A stretch of DNA of 64,000 bases from Elusimicrobiota bacterium (lineage in GTDB: Bacteria; Elusimicrobiota; UBA8919), in NCBI GenBank assembly GCA_040757695.1, contig JBFLWK010000001.1, positions 89,758 through 153,757 on the forward strand, read 5' to 3'. Within the stretch, counting starts at the first letter, position 1. Every line of letters begins with the position of its first letter. The notes under the pieces are model-generated. The model was given only the letters and a program-made list of their open reading frames with translations, searched no databases and was not told the origin of the DNA. Both the position numbers and the translations under genes were made by a program. This document shows, piece by piece, positions 25,778 to 33,866 of the stretch.

Positions 25778-27363
25778 CGTATCTCGTAAATTGTAAATTT
25801 TTCTACCGGTATTCTTGAGAATGAATACGGCAGTAGCCCATACATATTTAAGTGAAAACCTGCCTGTGCTAACGGACTCATCGTTTTGAATGGATTCTTC
25901 GTTAGTATATACTTTTGTTCAACAAGTTTTAATCTTTTAACAATCACAGGATGAATTTTCTGCGGAACTGGTAAAACAGGGCAGACAATCAAAGAACCAC
26001 TCGCATAATTCTTACTGTCTGATTCTACCGCATAAAATCCATTTCTTTCCATATAATACTGAAACCCAAGATGTCCTGTAAAATAGACACTTTTGTCAGC
26101 GTATCCTTTTTTGATATATTCTGAAATGTTTCTATATGAATTGGCTAAAATATAATCTGATTGTGCAATCAAAAACGATAAAATAAGCCCGATAATAACC
26201 GTGGTAATCAAAAATATTTTATGTTTTAGGCATATGTCTGAAATTTTTACAAAAAGCAAAATTACAGGCGGCAAAAGTGGTAACAGATACCTGACTGCGA
26301 TTATTGCTGAAACTGCTACAAAAAAAAATAGATACAAAAAAAACCAGCTCACCAGAAAAATTATTTCTTTTTGATAATCCCATTTTTTAAGCGAGCGAAT
26401 AAAAACAAAAAACAAAAGAATTGCTGACGAGCTAAAAAGTCCAAAAAGAAAATTTTGTAGTTTAGTGTATCCAAGTAAATCAAAAAAAAAGGTTCCTGTT
26501 GCAAAAACTACTAAAAAAAGCCAGACAGCACTTTTTTTTAACTGGTAACCTAACCATAATATACTCAATGGAAAAACAAAAGCACCACCAATATAAGTAA
26601 GTAGTGGGATTTCTTTTACAAGCCCAAAAGAGATACCAATACTGACTGATTTTTTCAGAATCTGGAGTTCGTTATAAACAAATTTGTTATGTAATGACCA
26701 TGCAACTAAAAAAAGAATCGGAATTATAAAAAAACCGATATTTTTTTTCAGGGTTTTATTCAGCAGAAACCAAACAAAAAGCAGTCCGAGATTTATTAAT
26801 GCTACAAATTTTATTAAAATTGTAAACCCGAGCAGGAGCCAGCCTAAATATTTTTCACGAATACAAAAATAAATTCCCCATACTGAAAATGTAATCAGCG
26901 GTACATCCAGCATTATATCGGTTGCATTTACAAAAAACGCAGGACTTGCTATCAAAAGAAGCGCAGAAAAAAGTGGATCTGTTTTCAACTTTCTCGCCAA
27001 AAAATACATACCCACAACGGAAAGTATCGCAAAACAAAGAAATGCCAAATGCAGTGCTTTTTCATTTTCGCCGAAAATTTTTATAACACCTGCCAGAAAA
27101 TACGATATAAGCGGAGGATTATTAGCAACATCCCATCCTGAATAATTTTTGTCAGCACAATTTATTGTGAAACTAAACGGTTTTGCTGGCTCCTTTAGAA
27201 TCTGCCTGGCAGTGTAAATATAAAATATAGCATCAGAAGAAATTGCTTTATTATAAAATGGGAATAAAAGCAAAAATGTTAAAAAGCAGAGAAATCTGAT
27301 TTCCGAACATTTGTTCGGTTTTGTATTTCCGAACATTTGTTCGGTTTTATTTGAAATGGTCAT
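25774..27363 (-). CDS. GT-C family glycosyltransferase, ArnT/PMT-like; start uncertain
   Basis: DAIFYIYTARQI...NPPLISYFLAG (KPPL-like motif), at least 11 TM helices. Its first ~20 codons contain two CGAACATTTGTTCG palindromes and overlap the thiL stop. Confidence 0.55.
   Translation of the reverse strand: MTISNKTEQMFGNTKPNKCSEIRFLCFLTFLLLFPFYNKAISSDAIFYIYTARQILKEPAKPFSFTINCADKNYSGWDVANNPPLISYFLAGVIKIFGENEKALHLAFLCFAILSVVGMYFLARKLKTDPLFSALLLIASPAFFVNATDIMLDVPLITFSVWGIYFCIREKYLGWLLLGFTILIKFVALINLGLLFVWFLLNKTLKKNIGFFIIPILFLVAWSLHNKFVYNELQILKKSVSIGISFGLVKEIPLLTYIGGAFVFPLSILWLGYQLKKSAVWLFLVVFATGTFFFDLLGYTKLQNFLFGLFSSSAILLFFVFIRSLKKWDYQKEIIFLVSWFFLYLFFFVAVSAIIAVRYLLPLLPPVILLFVKISDICLKHKIFLITTVIIGLILSFLIAQSDYILANSYRNISEYIKKGYADKSVYFTGHLGFQYYMERNGFYAVESDSKNYASGSLIVCPVLPVPQKIHPVIVKRLKLVEQKYILTKNPFKTMSPLAQAGFHLNMYGLLPYSFSRIPVEKFTIYEIR
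27303..27344. promoter_or_regulatory. Tandem pair of Cheo-box-like palindromes CCGAACATTTGTTCGG (CGAAC-N4-GTTCG), 26 nt apart, directly after the thiL stop and at the 5' end of the GT-C gene
   Basis: Read from the sequence: tttccgaacatttgttcggttttgtatttccgaacatttgttcggtttt. It matches the LexA/DinR operator consensus CGAACRNRYGTTCG of Firmicutes-type SOS boxes. Confidence 0.55.
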
Positions 27364-28321
27364 AGCCGTTATCCTGTAAACTAATTTTTTTATTATTAGA
27401 ATCCAGATAGATAATTTTTCTGTTTTTTGTTATTTTGCCGACCTCATAAAATCTTTTGCAAAAATATGATTTTTTAGACGGTGAAACTGTAAAGAGAAGT
27501 TCGTATTCTTCACCACCAAATAAGACAAAGTGTGAAGTGTGGAGTGTGAAGTGTGAAGTAAAAGCATTCAAAGACGTGGAAACAGGAATTTTATCTAAAT
27601 ATATTTCACAGCCAACTTTTGATTCCTGACAGATAAACCGAACCGACTTATCAAATCCGTCGGAAGAATCAATCATTGCTGTAGCGAACCCGCTTTTGGC
27701 AATAAAAAGCCCTTCTTTTACTTTGGGGTAAGGTCGCAGGTGCTTTTTTTTGAGTTCTTCGTAACCTTTAAATTTCTTTTGCAACAAATACAGCCCTGCA
27801 GCAGAATCACCAAAAGTGCCGGTAGTAAAAATTATATCGCCCGGTTTCGCACCACTTCTTAAAATACCAGCGCCATAATTCTGTTTTCCTATAAGTGTGA
27901 TTGAAATTATTATACAAGCAGGAGATTTTACTGTATCACCGCCAATAATATCAACATTGAACTCTGTGGCAAGTTTTTTGAGCCCTTTATAGAGTGCATC
28001 TATACCAGCAACTTTTACAGACGGCGGAAGTCCAACAGTCACAAGACAGTAAAGCGGCACTCCACCCATTGCGGCAATATCAGACAGGTTGACCGATAAC
28101 GCTTTATATCCAATATCAAAAAAACTGTAATACTTCTGGGAAAAATGGATATTTTCTACAAGAGTATCCGTTGTAAAAAGCAGGTTTTCGTTTTTGCTCT
28201 TTATAACAGCACAATCATCACCTATACTTACTATTACATTATCATTATGAGTGCCGCTTGATAGTTTTTTTTTTCTGATTTTTTCAATCAGGCCGAACTC
28301 ACCAAGTTGGGTTATTTTCAA
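27347..28321 (-). CDS. thiL: Thiamine-monophosphate kinase
   Basis: MKITQLGEFGLIEKI...SIGDDCAVIK...TTDTLVENIHF, the AIR-synthase-related ThiL N-terminus. Confidence 0.8.
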   Translation of the reverse strand: MKITQLGEFGLIEKIRKKKLSSGTHNDNVIVSIGDDCAVIKSKNENLLFTTDTLVENIHFSQKYYSFFDIGYKALSVNLSDIAAMGGVPLYCLVTVGLPPSVKVAGIDALYKGLKKLATEFNVDIIGGDTVKSPACIIISITLIGKQNYGAGILRSGAKPGDIIFTTGTFGDSAAGLYLLQKKFKGYEELKKKHLRPYPKVKEGLFIAKSGFATAMIDSSDGFDKSVRFICQESKVGCEIYLDKIPVSTSLNAFTSHFTLHTSHFVLFGGEEYELLFTVSPSKKSYFCKRFYEVGKITKNRKIIYLDSNNKKISLQDNGYDHFK

Positions 28322-28543
28322 TTATTTCTTTTCCTCAGCCTTTTCTTTCATTTTATCCTTGACTGCTGAAATACCCGCTATAATAGCAAGCACTCCGCCA
28401 AGAACAAGTCCTGAAGAAACTGTTCCTTTCAGACAAACAAGGAAATCATCCCACATATAAACGGGAAGACCGAAAAGCGGCCCTCCAAACAAAAGTACGA
28501 TACCGACTATTACGGCAACTAAACCACCGAGAACTGCTAACAT
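28322..28543 (-). CDS. Small two-TM membrane protein
   Basis: 73 aa, two hydrophobic helices, lysine-rich C-terminus. Confidence 0.3.
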   Translation of the reverse strand: MLAVLGGLVAVIVGIVLLFGGPLFGLPVYMWDDFLVCLKGTVSSGLVLGGVLAIIAGISAVKDKMKEKAEEKK

Positions 28544-28639
28544 TTTTGCTCACCTCCTTTGTAACGACAGAAATTAAGAAAATAGAAATTGAGAGATTAA
28601 AGGAAACTTCGTAGCCATTTTTCAGTATTTTCAGTGCTT

Positions 28640-29455
28640 TCAGTGATTCTCATTTTTAATTTCTAAATTTTTCAGATCTCCATAAATGTTTAAGTTGATA
28701 TTTGCTTTTTTAAAAACTACTATTTTTGTCTTGTATAAACTGGCTAAAAAAATATTGTTGAACAACTCACCATTGCCTCTAGCATACAGGTTAAAACTCA
28801 TTTCACTTAAATTAAATAATTTTTTAATAATCCCAGTAACAGCTAGATTTTTTTTGGTACTATTAAAAACTAATTCTTGTATCCGGAGTTGTTGTTTTGT
28901 AAAATTATATTCTGCTTTTAGCATAGCGGGAATATCATTGACATTAAACGAAAATTGTATTGGTAAAGAACGGTTAAATGAAACATTTTTGATAATCCCG
29001 TGTAAATTGGTGATGGTGTCAAGTTTTGCCCAATCAATTCTGCCGTTTTCAACCACCAGTTCGCCTATTAGTAGAGTATAACCCGGTGAAACAAATTTTT
29101 TGTTTAAATTAAAACCTTTTGTTATCTGAATTACAGGATTTATTATTTCTATTTTATTAAATGTTAACTGTTTTCTGACTAAAGGGAAAAAAATGGGTGA
29201 AATTATTACCTTTTTAATTACTATATCGGATTTGTCAGGAAAAATAATTTTTATATTGTTTAATATAAACCCACGAAAACTAGCCGATACTTCTTTAATT
29301 TCTGTTTTACCGCCGATGATTTCTGAAATCCATAATTGAGCATAATTTTTTAGTACTTTTGATGGCAGAAAAAATTTTACCAAAACTATAGAAGTACCTA
29401 TTACAAAAAACAGTATTAAAAAGAACGCTAAAAAAAACTTCTTAATACCTGTCAT
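28640..29455 (-). CDS. Hypothetical membrane-anchored periplasmic protein (AsmA-like N-terminus)
   Basis: N-terminal TM anchor; no diagnostic motif. Confidence 0.3.
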   Translation of the reverse strand: MTGIKKFFLAFFLILFFVIGTSIVLVKFFLPSKVLKNYAQLWISEIIGGKTEIKEVSASFRGFILNNIKIIFPDKSDIVIKKVIISPIFFPLVRKQLTFNKIEIINPVIQITKGFNLNKKFVSPGYTLLIGELVVENGRIDWAKLDTITNLHGIIKNVSFNRSLPIQFSFNVNDIPAMLKAEYNFTKQQLRIQELVFNSTKKNLAVTGIIKKLFNLSEMSFNLYARGNGELFNNIFLASLYKTKIVVFKKANINLNIYGDLKNLEIKNENH

Positions 29456-30561
29456 TATTTTTTCAAGATTATTATTTCAACCCGCCTGTTCTGTTCGCGG
29501 CCATCGGCAGTTTTATTGTCTGCGATTGGTTTTTCTTCACCATAACCAATCACTTGAAGACGACTTTTATCAACATCATATTTTGTGATTAACATATTAT
29601 AGACCGCCTGTGCCCTTTTTTCAGATAATTTTTTATTATATGCATTACTACCATAACTATCAGTATGTCCCTCAATCAAAACCTTGTTTTCCGGATAATC
29701 CTGCATAAGCTTTACAACCTCGTTCAGTGGAGTAAAAGCGGTTGGTTTTAATTCGGATTTACCAGAATCAAAAAGTACTGACGAGGCAAGATTCACAACC
29801 AGCCCTCTTTTCTCTTCTTTTACCGCAATCGTTTTTACTTCCTGCACTACCACTTTTTCAGGCACATTAACCACTACTTCAACTGGTTCGGCTTCCGCTT
29901 TATTCCCAGCAGCATCGTATATGGTCAACTTTATTTTGTAGACATCATTTGGAACGACATTTTTGTAATAATCGTCTTTACCATCCCATTTGAAATTTTT
30001 CGGTACATCTGTTGTTCCTTTCATAGAGATGACATCTATCCCTTTAGAATTGACAATTGACAACTGCCAGAGTGAAATTCCAGAAGGGTCGTCGGCAATA
30101 AAAGTACAATCACAAAAATCATCCACACTATCGTTATTGGGCGATATACCAAATGTTGATACGGAAATACCAGCAAAAGGTTCAATCGTATCAACATTTA
30201 GCCAGAGTTCATTAGACCGTGCAGGATATTTGCCATCAATAGTCATAACGCAGACATATTTACCGTCAGGCATAACCGCATTTTTGTCATCAGTTCCATC
30301 CCATTCCAATACAGTTGGAATTGTTTCTTCGCCTGAAAATGTTTTTACCGGAACACCTATATCGTTCTTTATTTCAAGTGCCCATTTCTTTATCTTGCCA
30401 ACATCAACAGATGTAACAAATCTTGTTTTTTCATAAAGCCCGTCTTGATTAGGTGAAATAGTTTTGGGCAGTGAATCTAAATTAACCATACCAACTTTTT
30501 TGGCTAATAAAAAATTACACAAACCCACAACACAAACTACACAGATTAAAAACTGTTTCAT
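29455..30561 (-). CDS. OmpA-family protein (signal peptide + Ig-like/FlgD-like repeats + OmpA C-terminal peptidoglycan-binding domain)
   Basis: C-terminus VLFDSGKSELKP...LIEGHTDSYGSNAYNKKLSEKRAQAV...REQNRRVEI is the canonical OmpA-like domain. Confidence 0.85.
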   Translation of the reverse strand: MKQFLICVVCVVGLCNFLLAKKVGMVNLDSLPKTISPNQDGLYEKTRFVTSVDVGKIKKWALEIKNDIGVPVKTFSGEETIPTVLEWDGTDDKNAVMPDGKYVCVMTIDGKYPARSNELWLNVDTIEPFAGISVSTFGISPNNDSVDDFCDCTFIADDPSGISLWQLSIVNSKGIDVISMKGTTDVPKNFKWDGKDDYYKNVVPNDVYKIKLTIYDAAGNKAEAEPVEVVVNVPEKVVVQEVKTIAVKEEKRGLVVNLASSVLFDSGKSELKPTAFTPLNEVVKLMQDYPENKVLIEGHTDSYGSNAYNKKLSEKRAQAVYNMLITKYDVDKSRLQVIGYGEEKPIADNKTADGREQNRRVEIIILKK

Positions 30562-30631
30562 ACACCCTCCAAATTAATGGCAAATTTTAAATTCTAAATT
30601 CTAAATTTAATATAAGTTTGGTTACACTTCC

Positions 30632-31597
30632 TCATTGCGGACAGGAGTGCATTAATTTGTGAATATAATTTTTAATTTCTTTAACTGCAGCAGGGTGGTT
30701 CATAACGAGAATATCGCTGCCGGCTTGAATATACCCGCAGGCAGTTATGATTTCCCAGTTAATACCTCTTGTTTCAAGATTTCCCCACTCGGGCTTTTCG
30801 GTTTCGTCTGCTTTACATTCTTTAGTTTTCCATGTTTCCTGACCAATGAATGTAATTACTGGTTGTGCCATCATTTTGTCATTCACAAGTGCAGCAAGCC
30901 GTGTTCGTTCAATTATAGAATAGCAGTACTCAAACCCGTAACCAAGTCCACCCGTTGAAGGATGAATAACAATTCTGTCTGCTGAAAATCCTATATCGGT
31001 AATCAAAATATTTAACTGTTTTTCAAGATTTATATCAAGCGGTGTCTCTGCAATTAAAGAATGTCCACCTGCCTGCGCAGCGGCAACGAATGTTTTATGA
31101 TTTTCTTTGGTTGCCATACCGAACAAGCAGTTTTCACCTTTTGCTGCCTGGCTTATATCCATAATAATCAACGAGTCTTTCTCATTATTCCCACAGCCGA
31201 CGATTATTAAAGGAACCGAAGTAACAGCCAAAACATCTTTTACTGTTTTTGCTACTTCAGATGCATCCGCGTTTTTACCGTCTGGGTTTGCACTTTCTAA
31301 TCGCAAACATATCAAATCAGCACCGAGTTGCTCGCATTTTTTAGCCCACTGTACTGGATTTTCCAAAACATCACCATACTCATTTTTAAGAATATCAGGC
31401 CAATCAGTTGGCTCAACATCCCAGACCTCCATAGCAACTGCAGGTAGATTAGGGATTTGTCCTTCAAAAAAAAGGAACGGCAGTGTATTGCTACCACCTA
31501 TTTTGATTTTTTTAGTCCGTGTTCCACCTTCCTCTTTTATAGCGCCGATTGTCAGTTCATAAATTTTTCCTTGCCATTTTTCAAGAACCTGCTCCAT
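30632..31597 (-). CDS. acsD: Corrinoid iron-sulfur protein small subunit (CODH/ACS delta subunit)
   Basis: TIM-barrel AcsD/CdhD-like: WQGKIYELTIGA...GGTRTKKIKIGGSNTLPFLFFEG...AVAMEVWDVEP...VPLIIVGCG; 321 aa. Confidence 0.7.
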   Translation of the reverse strand: MEQVLEKWQGKIYELTIGAIKEEGGTRTKKIKIGGSNTLPFLFFEGQIPNLPAVAMEVWDVEPTDWPDILKNEYGDVLENPVQWAKKCEQLGADLICLRLESANPDGKNADASEVAKTVKDVLAVTSVPLIIVGCGNNEKDSLIIMDISQAAKGENCLFGMATKENHKTFVAAAQAGGHSLIAETPLDINLEKQLNILITDIGFSADRIVIHPSTGGLGYGFEYCYSIIERTRLAALVNDKMMAQPVITFIGQETWKTKECKADETEKPEWGNLETRGINWEIITACGYIQAGSDILVMNHPAAVKEIKNYIHKLMHSCPQ

Positions 31598-31694
31598 TGT
31601 AACTCCTGATATAACAGTAAATTCTAAATCCTAAATTTCAATTAGACCATTTGGGCTAATTGAAAAATCAAAAATTACCGACGACCAATATTCA

Positions 31695-31716
31695 AATGTA
31701 AGCATTTGCTTACATT
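31695..31716. repeat. Palindrome AATGTAAGCATTTGCTTACATT (copy 3), ~100 nt upstream of the acsD start
   Basis: Exact 22-mer identical to copies flanking dapF. Confidence 0.8.
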
Positions 31717-31891
31717 CTCAAACAGAACTCTGTTAAGATTTAAACTCCTAAAATCAAGTTTTTAATCACTATTTATTCGTAAATCGAAAATTCACGACTA
31801 CAAATTTCAGCAAAATTTACTTGTTACCAGTACTAAACCTGCCTGCCGGCAAGACAGGGCGAGACAGGTAGAAAGTAGTTAAAACCATTTC

Positions 31892-33820
31892 CTACTTCCT
31901 CCTTCCCGCCATTCTTACTGACGGGAATAGTTCCATATTTGTATGTGGTAAAAACAGGGCTGCGGTATAATTATTCATAAATTCTGGGTCAGCACTTAAA
32001 TCGATATAGGTCATTTTTTGTGCAATCTCTTGGGCTTTTTTCATTGCATTTTGTGATAGCAGGCACATTTTAGCACCCGTTATTGAACCATTCCCGATGA
32101 ATATAAATCTTTCTTTTGGCAAATCCGGCAATAGCCCGAGTGTTATTGATTTCTCAATATCAAGCGCATTTCCAAGCCCACCTGCAATAATGACCCGTGC
32201 AAGTTGGTGGAAAGAAACCCCCATTTTTTTTAGCAACAGTTCACAGCCAGTAAAAATCGCACCTTTAGAATGAATCAGGTTTTTTATATCCGCCTGAGTT
32301 ATTGAAATGTTTGGGGTGATAAAAAACTCAAATTCATCTTCGGTTTTTCTTAAATACTTTGATGAGAGAACCGCAGTTTCTATAAAATTGCCGGATTTGT
32401 CTATCACGCCATTTGTAAAAAGCTCAGCGACAACAGAAATTATCCCTGCGCCGCAGATACCGACTGGTTTTTCGTTACCGATTGTTTCAATTTTGAATTC
32501 TGGTTCTGACTGGCTTGGAGCTTGGATTTTGAATTTCTCTATCGCACCTGCTTGTGCTCGGATACCGTGTTTTATCCCGCCACCTTCAAAACAAGGTCCT
32601 GCAGATGTAGAGCAACATACCAAAAAATCTTTGTTACCGAGCACAACTTCGCCATTGGTACCTAAATCAACAAAAAGTGTAAGTTGTGAAAAATTAGCGA
32701 GACCGCTTGCCAAGACACCGGCGGTAATATCGCCACCAATATATGATGCTATATTCGGTAGAGTTGCCAGTAACCCTCTTGGATTTATTTTTATACCTAC
32801 CTCAGCAGCACGGAGCACAGGAAAATTGTTTGCAACAGGTATATATGGTGACCGCCGGATATTTGACGGGTCAACTTTTAGAAGCAAGTGAATCATTGTA
32901 GTATTACCTGCGCAGACAATACAGTTTATATCGTTAAGTGGTATTTTATTTTCAATAATATGTGAAATAATAAGGTCGTTGATTACCTCAACAACTGTGT
33001 GGTGCAGTCGGTCAAGTCCTGAAAGTTGACCCGCTTGAATTATTCTTGTAATCACATCTTCACCAAACGAAATCTGGGGGTTATAGGTTGCTTTCGCAGA
33101 GATAATCTCTTGTGTGTTCAAATTAACAAGATACGAAACGATTGTAGTAGTTCCGATATCAACTGCAACACCAAAATTTTTTTTAGATGTATTGCCAGGT
33201 TCAACAAGCACGACTTCGGTTGTGCCATTCCGGTTACCGACTGTAACAGTGATTTGGAAATCGGATGGAGGCTGTGATCTTAAAAGTGCGGGCAATTTTT
33301 TTATATTAGCGAGTCCCATCTGCATTACAGGGTTAATGATATTAGATTTTTTTATCTCTCTAAATAACCGTTCAAGGTCAGCAGTTGAATCATCTAAAGA
33401 TGGTTTCGGTAGTTTCAGAAACAGTTTGGTTGAAAGCGGGTTGTATTCAAACACTTTTTCTTCAAAAACAGCAGGTTCAATTCTAGCGGTTTCTGCAGGT
33501 GTATAAATTTGGGTTAAAATTTCTGGTTTTTCAACACGGGTTTCTTCCGGGATAAAAACTTCAATATCACCATCATCTTCTTTACAAACTGTTCTACAGG
33601 CAAGGACATAGCCGTCTTTTTTTTCTTTATCAGACAGGATTGCAGAATCACTTATTACCTGCCCTTTTGTAATTTTTATCTTGCATCTGCCACAAATACC
33701 CTCGCCACCGCAGGAGTTATAAATCTGGATACCTGCCATCATTGCAGCAGTAAGCAAATCAGTTTCAGCGGGAACTGTTATTTCTTTATTATACGGCAAA
33801 AACTTTATTGTACAGGACAT
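31892..33820 (-). CDS. RACo-like reductive activator of corrinoid iron-sulfur protein: N-terminal plant-type [2Fe-2S] ferredoxin domain + ASKHA ATPase domain. Start set at the internal Met MSCTIKF; the track ORF extends to 33919.
   Basis: 2Fe-2S motif NSCGGEGICGRCKIKI...LACRT; linker; ASKHA/DUF4445 region VAVDIGTTTIV...GICGAGIISV. Confidence 0.65.
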   Translation of the reverse strand: MSCTIKFLPYNKEITVPAETDLLTAAMMAGIQIYNSCGGEGICGRCKIKITKGQVISDSAILSDKEKKDGYVLACRTVCKEDDGDIEVFIPEETRVEKPEILTQIYTPAETARIEPAVFEEKVFEYNPLSTKLFLKLPKPSLDDSTADLERLFREIKKSNIINPVMQMGLANIKKLPALLRSQPPSDFQITVTVGNRNGTTEVVLVEPGNTSKKNFGVAVDIGTTTIVSYLVNLNTQEIISAKATYNPQISFGEDVITRIIQAGQLSGLDRLHHTVVEVINDLIISHIIENKIPLNDINCIVCAGNTTMIHLLLKVDPSNIRRSPYIPVANNFPVLRAAEVGIKINPRGLLATLPNIASYIGGDITAGVLASGLANFSQLTLFVDLGTNGEVVLGNKDFLVCCSTSAGPCFEGGGIKHGIRAQAGAIEKFKIQAPSQSEPEFKIETIGNEKPVGICGAGIISVVAELFTNGVIDKSGNFIETAVLSSKYLRKTEDEFEFFITPNISITQADIKNLIHSKGAIFTGCELLLKKMGVSFHQLARVIIAGGLGNALDIEKSITLGLLPDLPKERFIFIGNGSITGAKMCLLSQNAMKKAQEIAQKMTYIDLSADPEFMNNYTAALFLPHTNMELFPSVRMAGRRK

Positions 33821-33866
33821 GGTATTCAATACCAAAACTTTTTGAATTCTTGTAATTCGGCAATTT

